From NCBI RefSeq assembly GCF_048593235.1, contig NC_133618.1:453820947-453884946 (forward strand): DNA of 64,000 bases, written 5' to 3'. The first letter of the stretch is position 1, and each line of letters opens with the position of its first letter. Below are positions 24,191 to 38,157 of the stretch, one piece after another. Made by a program: the position numbers and the translations under genes. A model generated the notes under the pieces. The model worked only from the letters and a program-made list of their open reading frames with translations. It was not told the origin of the DNA and did not search any database. The stretch is from Sminthopsis crassicaudata. Taxonomy: Eukaryota.

Positions 24191-24457
24191 CAAATAACTC
24201 CATTTGAATCACAATAGGCTTTTTCAAAGTCTAATTTTCAAAGCTATATTTCAAGAAATCATAAATTAAAATTTCACAAGATAAAGAGATCATTGTTTCA
24301 GCTTTTTGAAAATAAAATAAACAGGAAATTGAAAAGTCCCAAGCTCCAAGATATTTTATAAAGACCAAAGGGACCAAAGATTATATTCCCTTGAACAGAG
24401 CACTTTACATGTATGGGTATGATACCCCACATGGACAGAGGAATCATATGCAATGAA

Positions 24458-24518
24458 GGGAGGAGAAGGAAGAAGAGGAAAAGGAGGAGGAAGAGAAGGA
24501 GAAGGAGGAGGAAGAGAG
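24458..24518 (+). repeat. (GAA/GAG)n purine repeat
   Basis: Direct inspection. Confidence 0.8.
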
Positions 24519-24844
24519 CAGTGACTACTCACAGATTATTGTTCATCCTTTGTTCTTGAAGAGGAGCAATAACATTACTACTAGGGTGATGTCTTGACTT
24601 GCAAGTAAATTGGATTTAAGTGAGCCAGAGCTATTCAAAGTGATTAGTTCAGAGTATTCAGAGTCCATTGGCACGGTAAAAGTCAAGATAATTAAATGAT
24701 GGCCCCACAAAAACAGTATAGCTGGTGGGAAATGGAGAAAAGACTATGACAAGCTTCTTTCTTAAATGGAGACCTTGGAATTTATTGTAGGCCTTTTTTT
24801 CAATCAGAGGTAGATGAGAAGGGTAACTGTACTTGGAGGTGATG

Positions 24845-25083
24845 TTCAGCTATGTGGTGCAATGGATATAGTACTGGGCCTAAAGTCAAGAAGACCTGAA
24901 TTCAAATCCAGTCTCAGACACTTACTATCTGTGTGACTCTGGGCAAGACATTTTATCTTAGTCAGCTCAGTTTTCAAATCTATAAAATGATTTGGAGAAG
25001 GAAGTGGCAAATCACTAGTATTTTAGCCAGGAAAATCCCAAATGGGGTCACGAAGAGTTGTAACAACTGAAACAACTAAACAA
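24845..25083 (+). mobile_element. MAR1-like SINE
   Basis: Head, CORE and tail ending gaaacaactaaacaa. Confidence 0.75.
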
Positions 25084-25105
25084 GATTCCAGGAAGGGAGG
25101 CCTTG

Positions 25106-25244
25106 TGTAATGCTGGAGAAACTGAGGCAAGATAATTTATTTAAATGGGAGAGATTTACTGGGATGAAATGGATCCATGGTTTGGTCCCAGGGCTGAACG
25201 AGACTATATTCTCCAAGAATCCAGCATACAATGTGAGTTTTCAA

Positions 25245-25305
<61 letters not shown>

Positions 25306-25630
25306 TCAGAGGCAGAGGGTAGACTGAGGCAGGGGCGGAGTCAGAGTGCTGAGAGCCCTAACGGGACTCTGACAGGATGGGGTGAGCTTCTGAAGAAGGG
25401 TATGACATAATAGGGGGAGGAACCCTGGAGATGGGGAGAGGCATCTTGATAAGTCTGTATCTGACATTCTGGTAGCTTGGGATGGGGAGAGGCATTCTGA
25501 TATTCTAAAACATAAGATCTTTTATCCTTATCAAATATTCTGATTAAAAGGGAGGGGTGGTTTCCGCTGGACTGAGCAGAACAATTAGGGAAACTGAGTC
25601 AGGACAATAAAAGAGAACTATGGCATAACA
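25106..25630 (-). mobile_element. Solo LTR (525 bp) with 4-bp TSD
   Basis: Ends tgtaatgc ... gcataaca (7/8 inverted match); TSD cttg at 25102-25105 and 25631-25634; minus-strand AATAAA at 25136-25141. Confidence 0.88.
25247..25302. repeat. (AT)28 microsatellite
   Basis: Perfect AT run inside the solo LTR. Confidence 0.98.
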
Positions 25631-25862
25631 CTTGGACAATATACTTAAAACAAACAAACAAAAATAACGGAAGAAGTCCAGAAGCCAGTAGCAGCAGCAC
25701 CAATGGTGTGGCTCAGATGCCAGACAAAGGGCAGGGTCTTATTTCTATCATGCAGCCCAGAGGAATTCTAAGAGTATGCATCAGACTAAAAGGGATCTGA
25801 CAATGTTGCCATTCTGAAATTTAAGATATCTTACAGCAAAACAAATAAATAGACAAGTAATA

Positions 25863-25896
25863 CAAACCAAACCAAATCAAACCAAACCAAACCAAA
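25863..25896. repeat. (CAAAC)n pentanucleotide repeat
   Basis: Direct inspection. Confidence 0.85.
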
Positions 25897-26329
25897 ACAA
25901 AAAACCCCAACATAACAACTAATCTGAAGAACAGAACTTTCCAGCTAGCTGATGGAGTGGACTCCATACTTTTTCTTTACTTTATTTTTTCTTGCTTTTT
26001 TTCTTTTTTGACCTGTGTTTTCTTTTCACCATGATTTACATGGAAATGTGTTTTGTATGACTATACATGTGTAATCTATGTGAAATTGCTTGCCTTCTCA
26101 ATGGAGTGAAGAAAAGGGAGACAGAATTTGGAATTCAAAATTTGAAAAAAATTTTAAAATTGTTTTTGCTTATAATTGGGAAAAATAAAATATTAAATTC
26201 AAAGAACTTTTTATAGAAGATAGCTCTCCAAGGAGGGGAGGAGGGGATATCAGGGAAAATTTTGGTAATACAAATAAAAACAAAAACAAACAAATAACAA
26301 AAATTTACTAAAAATAAATAAAATTGAGT

Positions 26330-26961
26330 TCTGCTCATCAGGTGGTTGGAAGGCACTATCCCAAGCTTGAAGCCTTTTTATGTGGTTTTCAGAACTAGTT
26401 CTAGGGGGTCTACAAATATTTGATGTTCCCAAGGTGGTATGATCCAGGGAGAGGTGTAGTCACTGATTTCCTGGTCTGCTTTCTGGTTTTTATCCAGGAA
26501 AGTCTCCTCTTCTCTTGTACCTGCAAGTGCTGGCATTCCTCTTGGTTCTGGTACTGGGACCAGGGTTCCTGCTTCCCTGTAGGCATAAACACTAGTAGTC
26601 TTCTCTGTCCTGGAATTGGTACCCAGATCTGCATGTTGGCAATGCAATCTAGTGTCAACTCAGGGTCATTTGTAATCTCTTTCTGATCACTTGCCAATCT
26701 CCTCACTCTCTCTAGGTGGAGAACTCCCAAAGCTGTCTCTGCTGCTGTCACAGCTGCAGAGCTGATGTGTTCCAGTGCCACAAATCTCTCTCACAGATGT
26801 TTTAAGTTGTGTGTGAAAAAAAAAAAAAGTCTTCCCTTGACCCTTTGTTAGCTCTGCTCATCCAAAATTCAATTTGACTGTTATTTTAAAGTTGTTTGGA
26901 GAAGAATGTTGAAAGAGTTCTGCTGAGTTGATGCTTCTACTCCGCCAACTTGACACTGCCC
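26330..26961 (-). mobile_element. L1 5' UTR including the element's 5' end
   Basis: The reverse complement begins gggcagtgtcaagttggcggagtagaagca, similar to the usual L1 start GGGCGGAGCCAAGATGGCGGAG. Confidence 0.7.
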
Positions 26962-26969
26962 TCAAACTT

Positions 26970-28270
26970 ATTTTTAAAAAAATCATTAAATTATCTGAAC
27001 ACTATGACAAAAAAGAGAACATAGATGTCATATTTCAAGAAATTTTAAAAGACAATTTTCCCAAACTCTTAGAATCAGAGGGCAAAGTAGAAATAGAAGA
27101 ATCTATTAGTTACATCCTGAAAGAAAATCCCAAATGAATATTCCCAGGATCATTAGAGCCAAAATACAAAGTTTCCAGGTCAAAGAAAAAAGTACTAAAA
27201 GCAGCCAAAAAGAAAGAAGAGCCTTATTCAGGATTACCCATGATTTAACTTAAAGGCCACTACCATAAAGGAGCACAGAACTTGCATTACAATATTCCAG
27301 AAGGCAAAGAATATGGGATTATAGCCAAGAATAAGGGTATAAGGGAAAAAGGATTTATAATGAAGTAGAGGATCTTCAAGCCTTCCTGATGAAAAAATTA
27401 AAGCTATGGAGAAATTTTAAAGTTTAAATATAGGAGTAAAGAGAAATACTAAAAGGTAAACATGAATGAATAAGAACAAAGGATTAAACTAGGATAAATT
27501 ATTTATATTCAAATATGGGGAGGTGATACATGAGTCTCTGTTGAACTCTATCATCATCAGTGATAATCCTATAGAGGAAGGACCAACTAGGCAAAGCCTG
27601 GGAGTAGTTCTGTTATGTGTTAATGATTTTAAGAAAAAAATAAAAAGAGATGAAAAATACACTGGAAGGAGAGGAAAGAAAGTTTAGGGAAAACTATCTC
27701 ACAAAAACAGTGTAAAAATAGACATCTTTACAACTCATAGAAGAAGGTGAGGAAAAGTTGTTGACAACTGAACCTTGCTCTTATCTCAACTGGTCAAAAG
27801 AAGAAAAACATATACACACGTACAACTGAGTATGAAAATATATTTCATTCAGGACAGAAATAAGAGGGAAAAGGAGAGGGAGGGAGGGGGAATTAGATGG
27901 AAGGTAGATTAAGGGAGGGATTAGTCTTAAGCAAAACAAACTCTAAAGATACCAAAAAATATTTATAGATATTTTTGATGTGGTAAAGAATGGAAATTTG
28001 AGGGGTTGTTCATAAACGGGGGAATGGAGGAAGAAATTATGTCATATAAATATAATGGAGTACAATAGAACTCTTATCAACTTAACCAACTAGCTTTCTG
28101 GAGAATGAGTGATGATCCATACTACTTGCCTTCTGAAAGGACAATGAAGAGTTTGGAGTATGGATTGAGACAATTTTGGGGGGAGAGAGGAGGAAAGGGA
28201 TAATAACTAATGTGGCCATTTGTTTTAATTAACTAAATATATATTTGTAATGGGGTTTTGTATTTCTTGT
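26970..28270 (+). mobile_element. L1 ORF1 C-terminal fragment plus downstream L1 sequence
   Basis: IDVIFQEILKDNFPKLLESEGKVEIE resembles the L1 ORF1p RRM region. Confidence 0.75.
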
Positions 28271-31200
28271 GTTCTAAATGGGGTAGGAGTGGGGTTGGGG
28301 TGGCAGGATGAGAAGTCAGATCTTGGCTGATTAGAAAAAACATAGAAAAAACCAGACTGCCACAGCAACCATGTCTAATAGGATTTCACAGAAACTGGAC
28401 CCTGCCTACTTAAAAAAAAAATTCCAAAAACCAAAAACCAAAAAACCATAGTGTGATTGGTGGCTTCTTCTGTTTACTCATAATCTAAACTTTAAGTTTT
28501 GGTTTGGGACTTTGTGCCAGGCCCAGTGCTGCCCCTTCTGGCTCTCCTGGATTTTTTGAGCAGGCTATTAGTCCTCTACCTTTTGTATTCTAGTTGCTGC
28601 AATTACCCTGAGCTAGATGAGATGATTAGCCCTAAGCCTCCTTCCTCTGCCAGTCTCCTAGTGATCCAGTGAGTGCTGCTCTTGGAATCTCTTTCTTTCC
28701 CTTCACAGTCCCCAGTTAGGAGGTAATTTCATCTCTTGCCATAGATGTGATAGATCTGAGTCAGATGTTGGAAAGATCAGTTGGTTTCAGAGTGGTGACT
28801 CCCAGGACTCTGAGAGGTAGACCATAGAAACCTGTCTCCCAGCTCATTGTTCTCCACTTCTGACAAATCAGCACTGATGTCTGGCTTCAGGTTTGATGAC
28901 TAGAGCTTTTGATAGATTATGATCTCCCCTGGAGTGTTTTATTCAGATTTCCGGCTGGCCGTCAACCCATTTATTGGGGGTTGTATTGGCTTCCCCATGT
29001 GACCTCTTGCCTAACTTTCACTGGATTCTGGCAATTTTTTTTTTTTTTTTTTTTTGGCAAAATTCTGAACTGAATGGAGGAGTTTATTTCTGTTTTCCAG
29101 TTTTCTTTTTTATTGCTCTGTCTGGAGTCTGTTTCAGATATTTGCTGGATTGAGCCAGTCAGTCAATAAACATTTATTAGCTACTACTATATTAGAGCCA
29201 ATTACTAGGGATACAAAGAAAGGCAAAAGATAATCTTTGTTCTTGAGAAGCCCTCAGTCTAATGGGAGAGCTGAGTTCTGTATGTGGGAGATCTGAACGT
29301 TTATATAATCTTTCCTATTATCATCTTAAACTGAAGTCTTTTCCTCGTCACTTCTCTACCAAGAAAAGAGAGGGTTTTTTCCCCAATATTGCTTCTCTGG
29401 GGCTATAAATGATCACTACATCCAATAATTCTCTGGTAATTAACAAACAATAAACACAACAAGTTCTTTTGCTCCAAATACATTCACATGACAGTGAAAT
29501 TATGTCTGTAGTAGAAAATCTTGTGTAAAAATCTATGCATTCCCTTCTCATATTTTCATCAATATACATGTAACTCAATTTCATATTTTAGAGATGAGAA
29601 ATCAGTTATAATTCCAATTTTGAATGCATTCCTCAACACGCTATAGAAACTGTGACTATCTCTTTAAGAGCAGAGAAAAACCAAATACAATGTGAGGAAA
29701 AGCAATTTAAGCCGGCAGTTTAGAGATCACTTGAGAAATATCTGACTATTAAATGCTTCTTTATGGAGTTAGGGAAAAGGGGCTTATTCTGTCTGTGAGC
29801 TAAGAATTTGTGGAGAAGACAGAGGAAGGTTAGGAGAAATATTTTCCTTTTTGGACCTGTTTTGACTGTGGTCTTGTAAAGAAATTATATGTGAGGAGCT
29901 GGCAAGTGGAATATATTCTGGAAAAAATTGTTTCTGACTTCATAATCTCTTTTCTGGAGAAATTTAATTTAACTATTTTTTCCCCTTTATTTTTAGTTCC
30001 TATTTCTCTTCTTCTCTGTCCCCTCACTCCTATCCAATGAAAAGGCAAGAAATATGATACCCATTATATATATGAGGTCATGCAAAATATATTTCCACAT
30101 TAGCCTTGTTGTCAAAAATAAAAAAGCAAGAGAAATAAAGAGAACAAAAAATTTTCAATCTGTACTCAAAGTTTATCAGGTGTTGAACTGGAAGTAGATA
30201 ACATTTTCAATATGACTCCTTCCAAATTGCCATAGATAATTTTAATTACTATCTTGAGAAGAAATATGAAGAAGATTTTTAAAGAGATTTTAATCAGTAT
30301 GTAGAATGAACTGAATGTTGTGAGACTCAGTTTTCAAATAAAAGCAGAGCAGTTATCAACTGTTATGTTGAGGATTTGACATGACTCCAAGTACACCCAA
30401 AATATTGCAAACAGTTATATATGTAGTAACTTTATAATAATTTCATTTGTTAATACATTATATATATTTACTAATTTTAATATTTGATTAATTACAGATA
30501 GGAGTAATAAGTATTGAGATAGGATATTTCTCAAGTTCATAAAATAATTACTATTTAATTAGCCAAGAAGAAAGAGATTTAAAATTCATTAATGAGAAAT
30601 CAGATATCTGAATATGCCCATAAATTATTTGAGAACTTGGGAGAATATTAGTAAATGAGAGGCCAGGGGCACTTTTTCAGATATCTTAAAAATTAATTCC
30701 TTTGAACTTTCAAAACTGCATCACCTCCAGAAGAAATTTCTTTTGTGTGTATTAGGTCTGGCCCAGTTTCTTTTCCTGACTTCATCTTTTTAATTGCCAT
30801 TTCTGCTTATTCATGTAGGATACTGGGTATCAAAGTTGAAATATGGTAGTTCCACTGTTATCAATGAAGAAATAAATCATCATCTAAATATTAATTAATG
30901 TGTTCCATTTTCCTTCTGTGTGATGTCCTCCTCCCAGTTTTATTTATAAATTCTGTTGGGATAATATGACCTAGTTGGGTCTCTTATCAAATTTTCTGTA
31001 GATTCATTTTCTGTTGAAAATATTTTCAGACTCTAATTCTCCTCTAAGACATTTTACAAATTATTTGTATTCTGAACTAGAATTACCTTTGACTGCCATG
31101 TATTTGTGCTTTGGAAAGAATCATTCTGCTGATCGTTTCTTATAGAACAATAATAGTCCATCACATGAATTACTTCTTTGTTTTAAGACCATAGTGCCTT

Positions 31201-31912
31201 GGCTGTTTTCAATTCACTACTGAGCTTGGTCCTAGTGGTCTCTCTTCTCTGAGCTTAGTGTGGACTTCAGTTCTTTGACTTTTTGAGATCTCATAAGGCT
31301 TGTGTACAAAAGTCAACACAAATAAGAGGTGGTCTCATCCTAGACATGGGCTTGATTAGGAAATCATAGGCTGACTCATTGGGATAAGGGCATCTCCTAA
31401 CTAGCTCTTTGGGGCTTAAAGGATTGCCCTCTTACTAATTTGCGACCAGAAGAAAGGAAAGATATAGTTTATGTACTCTCAGTTTCAAATCATCAGACTA
31501 TCACTCTGCCATAAGCATAGAGGAAACAATCAGAGAATATTTATGCCTCCTCATTGTCATGAACTTCCAGAAGTAGGCTCACCAATCATCCATATGGGTC
31601 CTCATTTATACATTCCCAGATCTGGGCTCTCATTGAAAAATACTGTATTACGGATGTTTCTTTATGCTATTGGATAAATGATGAAATCAACTGTATTAAC
31701 TGAGAAAGAAAGAATGGGGTAGTGGAAAGTGACCTGAATTATGAATTAGTTATGAACCTTAGTTCAGATCCTTGTGCACAATATCTATGTAATATTTAAA
31801 TTTTCTGATTCATGGGGCCTTTAGGTTGACCCTTCTTCTTCCCTCACTTTGCCCTGCCTGCTTTAAGTCTGACAGAAGAAATAAAATCTTTTTCCTCCCA
31901 GTGGGATTTGCT

Positions 31913-32050
31913 GGAGCAATTAGGTGGCACAGAGGAAAGAACACTGACTTTAGAGTCAGAAGGACCTAGTTCAAATTTGGCATCAACTATTTGACACTTA
32001 CTAGCTATGTGACTCGGCAAGTCACTTAACCCAAATTGCATCGCCAAAAA
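31913..32050 (+). mobile_element. WSINE1-like short tRNA SINE
   Basis: ggagcaattaggtggcacag ... aagtcacttaacccaaattgc plus A tail. Confidence 0.8.
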
Positions 32051-32943
32051 CAAGTGAATTTCTGAATTTCTGGAAGAGGGCAAGACGTGACCAAAAAGAT
32101 TGAAGAAATAATGTAGGATGTAGTGATTGAGTTTATATATATATATGAAATCTGGACTCCATAGTGCCTCTGTAGTGTCTCCCAAAGATCTTTTTCCTTG
32201 TTAAATAGCTGTATGTTGAAAGAAATGAGCTGAGGAAGGAGTAACTTTTTCACCAAAAATAACAATAATACACAAACTAGGTGTAGTGGGAGAGATCAGC
32301 ACAAAACTCTGGGGTCACAGCCTCTTTCTGGACTGTGAGAGGTAGGTGGGAATGTTAGAGTCTTAGTTTTACCTCCCAAATATTATGGGTAGAGTAGAAA
32401 AAGCAGAAAGGAGGGTTTAGTGTTCTGTTTCAGAAGCCACATAAACTTGACAATAGTTCAAATCAAGTTCATTTGTAAATCAAGCCCTGCTGGACCTACC
32501 TGCTAATTAAGCCCCATCTGTCTCACAGGGAAGACGGAAAGAATGCTGTTTCTATATCAGAATGTCTCCTTCACTGATACTTAAAAGTTGCTTTCCTTCC
32601 TTTGATTGAAGCATTGCTTTCTCTGGTCTCTCTCTTTAAAACATGTTTATATCCCTGAAAAGGAAAACTAGTTTGATAATAACATTGAACTGAAGAACAT
32701 GGGATAATGGAGAAAGAATGACAGAAGAAAGGAAAATGGGTAGTAAATAGCAAACTTCTCTCACTGACTGGAAACCAGTAGATATAACAAATCTTCCAGG
32801 CTTTGCCACCAATTCACTGGGTGATGGTGGCAAGTCAGTTTCCCTTTTTTGCCTTGTTTCCTTCTTTATAAAATAAAGGGTTTGGCTATGATCCCTTCCT
32901 GTTCTGATGTCTGTCTAGTTCTATGAAAATATTGGGGTGAAAG

Positions 32944-33189
32944 CAGTGGTGTGCTGGTGATTGTTTAATATCCTATTCCCTGGAGGAAGGGGGAATATGT
33001 ATACACAACACACTTTTAATTGGAACTATTAACATTTTCTTCACTTTCTTAAGTCTAGATAATCAACAAAATAACAAATCAAGTTCTGATTTATAGTATT
33101 TGTAGCCTAGATTTTGCTGATTTCTCACCATTGAGAATTTAACAATTCACTCTTAGAAGCCAGTTCAAGCTGGCCTTAGCACATTTCTG
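32944..33189. mobile_element. hAT-Blackjack (MER63-like) MITE
   Basis: Left TIR cagtggtgtgctgg; degenerate right TIR ttagcacatttctg. Confidence 0.65.
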
Positions 33190-34329
33190 TTTGAAGGTGT
33201 CAGAGAAGATTGGGCATGTGAATTGTTTGGGACTTTGTAACTCCTATCATAGCTCTTGAATTATAGAAGTAGAGTTGAAAAGAGTCATTGAAGCCATTTC
33301 ATGACTAAAGGAGAGACTTTTCTACAACATTTCTGCTAAGTTGTTATTTAGTTTTTCCTTGAAGACTTACAGTCTCAGAGAGATCACTACCATTTGCTCC
33401 CTGTTGGGCAACTTGTTGGGAAATTGTTTCTGATAGAGATGTGAAATCTTATTCCCTGCAACTTGTTCACATTAGTCTTACTTTTCTCCTCTGGGGCAAA
33501 GTCTTTGCTTGTTTTATATCTAGTTTTAAAGACCTAGAAAAAGGTGGCATAGGACTAGTGATACTGAATAAATTACTTTGTATGCCTCCCTCTTGTTGTT
33601 AGAATTATAGAGGAACAGGAACCACTAGAACTGGAAAGGACCTTAAAGATTATCTGGTCCAATTCCCCTCCTTTTATTGATGAGAAAACTGAGGCCCAGA
33701 ATAATTAAATGACTTTCCTAAACAGATCTGGGATTGGAACATAGTCTTCTAATTCATAGATCTAGAGGGATATCAGAAACTATCTAATATGTTTTACAGA
33801 TGAGCAACAAGTATCAGAAGTAGGTTTTGAACATATTATCCTGACTACATCCAGTGCTTTTCATACCAAACTGTATTGGAAAATGCACTGCACAAAGAAT
33901 AGAAATAGATAATTTAGCCATCCTGAAGTTGCCTTTCCAGTGGAAATATCCTGCTCTCCCCTGAGGACCTAGAAAACCAGAATTATTTTGTCACATTTCC
34001 TAAGAAAAATAGAAACAGCACAGGTCTGGAAATCAGGAAATCTGAGTTCCATTGTTAGATTGTCCATTTTCAGGCCATGTGAACCATCATTTCCTTTCTC
34101 TAAGATTAAGTTATCCTATCTGAAAAATGGAGATCACAACACTTTTATTTCATCTTTTTGTGGTGTTGTAATGAAAATTCTTTGCAAAAAACTCAAAGCA
34201 TCACAGGAATGTGAACTGTAGTTACTACTAAAGTTTGGGGAAGAGAACACTATGTTCTTCCTTAGCCCCCGAGCTTCAATGTTAGAAGTTAAATCAAGGA
34301 AATTATCAGAAAGTTAAACTTAATTGATG

Positions 34330-35240
34330 TTCCAAAGGCTTGTGAAAAATCAAGAAATATAGAGAATGCAGCTAAGATGATAGTTACAAGAAGTTCTACC
34401 AAGGTCCCCCAAGAAAATTTCTCCATACAAATCTAGAAAATGTACCAGAATAAAAATCCTGTTAGGGAAATCTAAGAAAAAAATCACCGTGAGTAATTTA
34501 TCTGGCCAAGTTTGCCATGAAAGAGAGGTCTGTAGAGCACTGGGGGATGAGGTCTGGCCACCAGAGCAAGGTGCAGGAGTAGTTATAATTCTGGCAGATC
34601 TGTTGCTCATCACCTAGTTTTATGTCACAGATCTAGGGCAGGCTGAGGCAGGGATCTCTGGAGTGAAAAGTACTCACTGACATCAGGCTACACATTTAAT
34701 GAGGAAGCAATTCAGAAGCAAACAAAAATATGTGCCTTTGGACCATATAGATTATCACACATAATCTAATAGACAGCATTGTAAAGAAATTGAGAACTTC
34801 TAGACTTACAACCAAGAATAACTTATCCAACAAAACTCAGTATAATTCTGAAAGGGAAGAAATGTTTCTTTAATGAAAAAAAATTTCTAAGCATTCCTAC
34901 TGAAAAGAGTAGAGCTGCATAAAAAATATGAAATACAAACACAGGAGTCAAGAAAAGCATTAAAAAGTAAATATGAATGAGGAACTAAACAGTGACAAAA
35001 TATTTATATTTTAAGATGGAGAGATGATACATATATTTCACTAGAATTATATTAGTGTCAGGATTTAGAGAGAGGCATGGAAGTAGTTGTTATATTTTAA
35101 TGATTTTAAAAGAAGAATGGAAATAGAAGGAAGAGAGGCAGAGAGGACGGATGAGGAAAATTATTTTATGTAATTAGGATGTGGAATTAGAAGTCTATAT
35201 AATGAGGAGAAATACATAGAAAAACTATAATAGTGGAGGA
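34330..35240 (+). mobile_element. Old L1 5' UTR / ORF1 fragments
   Basis: L1-type 5' UTR motifs followed by A-rich ORF1-like sequence. Confidence 0.55.
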
Positions 35241-35869
35241 CCTCATTTTACCCATTTCAGGTCCAGATAGCTAAATCTAATGAAAAAACAAAAGAAAACA
35301 AAAAAGAAAGACCAAAGTAGAATTTTAGAAAAATTAGATGTGATAGACTTCTAGAGATTATTAATGAGAATAGAAAGGTGTGTGCTTATTTCTCAGCTGT
35401 TTTGCATCTTTAAAACAATGATCATGTTATAGAGCATAAAAAACCCTCATAGGCTGTCTTCTTTCACAACATGACTAATAAGGAAATTTGTTTTGTATGA
35501 TTACATAAAATCATCTTTGTTGGAATACATGGGAGAGCTACTGAAATACATGGGAGCCACCTGACACTGGCTGCTGGAGATCCAACCCAGAATGGATCTC
35601 CTCTTGTGAGAGAATGATACAAGGAGACTGAGAGGCAGTTGCTGTTCTCTGACCTCTCTGTCTGAGAGGCCATTGCGTTATCTGACCTCTCTCCTTTTCT
35701 AATTTTTTCAGTTGCATGTCCAACTCATTAATTTGCTCTTTATTTCTTTTATTGGTGAGTCTTTAGAAACATATATTTTCCTCCTAACAACTGTGGATCA
35801 TAGCATCTGAAGGAGTTGCAGGGCAGCCTTTGTTAACTTACTTTAAAATAAATAAGTAAACCAATTTAC

Positions 35870-36690
35870 TAGTATAAAAAATGAAAAAAAGAAATTCACA
35901 ACTAGTGAAGAAAAAATGAAAAAATTATTAGAATAATTGTATGCCAATAAAACTGATACTCTAAATAAAAAGGATGAATATTTTTATAATTATTTCTCAA
36001 AACACAACACATGAATAGACAGTTTTCAACATTTATCTTTGCAAAACATTCATTTCCCTTACTCCCTCCTGTAGATAGTAAAAAATCCAATATATGTTAA
36101 ACATGTGCAATTCTTCTATACATATTTTCACATTTATCATGCTGTGCAAGAAAAATCAGATCAAAGGGGGAAAAATGAGAATAATAAAAAAAAGCAAGCA
36201 AAAAAACAGCAACAAAAAAAAGGTTACAATACTATTTGTGATCCATATTTAGTCCCCACAATCTTCTCTCTGGTGCAGGTGGCTCTCTCTATCACAAAAT
36301 AATTGGAATTTCCCTAACTCATCTCATTGTTGAAGAGAGCCAAGTCCATCATAGTTGATCATCATATAAACTTATTGTTGCTGTGTACAATGTTCTCTTA
36401 GTTCTACTTACTTCACTTAGCATCAGTTCATGTAAGTTCTTTAGGCCTTTCTGAAATCAGTCTGCTGATCATTTCTTATAGAACAATAATATTCCATTAC
36501 ATTTATATACTGTAACTTATTCAGTTCCAACATTTATTATTATCTTTTCCTGTTATGTTAGCCAAACAGAGAGGTGCAAAGTGGTACCTCAGAATTGTTT
36601 TAATTTCATTTCTCTAATCAATAGTGATTTAGAGCATTTTTTCATTTTACTAGGAATGGCTTTAATTTCTTTGTCTGAAAATTTTCTATT
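35870..36690 (-). mobile_element. L1 3' portion
   Basis: Reverse-complement L1 3' UTR and ORF2 end. Confidence 0.8.
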
Positions 36691-36704
36691 CATAGAGGAT
36701 GAAT

Positions 36705-36849
36705 TTTTTTGAGAGGTAGTTGGGGTTAAGTAACTTGCTCAGGGTCACATAGCTAGTAGTAATTATTAAGTGGCTGAAATCAGATTTGAACTCGGGTCCT
36801 GCTGACTCAAGAGCTGGTGCTTTATCCATTGTCCCATCTAGTTGCCCCA
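36705..36849 (-). mobile_element. WSINE1-like SINE
   Basis: TSD ggatgaat at 36697-36704 and 36851-36858. Confidence 0.85.
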
Positions 36850-36879
36850 AGGATGAATATTTTTAAAAAATATAAATTG

Positions 36880-37918
36880 TTCCCAATTGATAAATGGTCA
36901 AAGGATATGAACAGATAATTCTCAAAGAAATTGAAACTATTTCTAGCTATATGAAAAGATGCTCCAAGTCATTATTAATCAGAGAAATGTAAATTAAGAC
37001 AACTCTGAGATACCACTACACGCCAGAATGACCAAGGAAAGATAATGCGCAATGTTGGAGGGGATGTGAGAAAACAGGGACACTGATACATTGTTGGTGG
37101 AATTGTGAATAGATCCAGCCATTCTGGAGAGCAATTTAGAACTATGCTCAAAAAGTTATCAAACTGTGCATACCCTTTGATCCAGCAGTGTTACTACTGG
37201 GCTTATATGCCAAAGAAATTTTAAGGAAGGGAAAGGGACCTGTATGTGCAAGAATGCTTGTGGCAGCCCTCTTTGTAGTGGCCAGAAACGGGAAACTACG
37301 TGGATGCCCATCAACTGAAGAATGGCTGAATAAATTGTGGTATATGAGTATTATGGAATATTATTGTTCTGTAAGAAATGACCAACAGGATGATTTTAGA
37401 AAGGCCTGGAGAGACTTACATGAACTGATGCTGAGTGAAATGAGCAGGACCAGATCATTGTTGTATACTTCAACAACAACACTATGTGATGATCAATTCT
37501 GATGGACATCTTCAACAATGAGATGAATCAAATCAGTTCCAATAGAGCAGTAATGAACTGAACCAGCTACACCCAGTGAAAAAACTCTGGGAGATGACTA
37601 TGAACCACTACATAGAATTCCCAGTCCCTCTATTTTTGTCCACCTGCATTTTTTATTTCCTTCACAGGCTAATTGTACACTATTTCAAAGTCTGATTCTT
37701 TTTGTACAGTAAAATAACTGCATGGACATGTATACATATATTATATTTAATTTATATTTTAACATATTTAACATGTATTGGTCAACTTGCCATCTAGGGG
37801 AGAGAGTGGGGGGAAGGAAGGGAAAAATTGGAACAAAAGGTTTGGCAATTGTCAATGCTGAAAAATTACCTATGTATATATCTTGTAAATAAAAAGCTAT
37901 AATAAAAAAGAGAAACTA
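36880..37918 (+). mobile_element. Young 5'-truncated L1
   Basis: ORF2 C-terminus (track ORF 37188-37502), 3' UTR and A tail. TSD aaaaaata(t/c)aaattg at 36865-36879 and 37919-37933. Confidence 0.9.
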
Positions 37919-38157
37919 AAAAAATACAAATTGCTCATTAACACAACAGGAAATAGAAGACTTAAATAACCTTATTTTAGAAAAATAAGTTGAAAAAATC
38001 ATAAATGAACTCTGAAAAAAACAGAGGGGGAACCTAGGACTTGAATTTAAAAAGGAATTGTATGATGCATTTAAAGAAAAATTAATTCTAACACTACATA
38101 AAATGTTTTTAAAAATAGGGAAAAATCCTGTCAAATTCTTCCTGTGCTATAAATATG

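Noticed and set aside
32530-32543. GAAGACGGAAAGAA after an AG, resembling FKBP1A exon 3
   Set aside because: The match is short, on the wrong strand, and the downstream translation is unrelated.
37188-37502. 104-aa ORF (and 21980-22228) as host genes
   Set aside because: Both are L1 ORF2 C-terminal fragments.
21570-37918. Inverted pair of similar young L1 3' ends (21570-22236 and ~37250-37915) as a functional dsRNA or recombination unit
   Set aside because: Expected by chance for an abundant family; 15 kb apart and intergenic.
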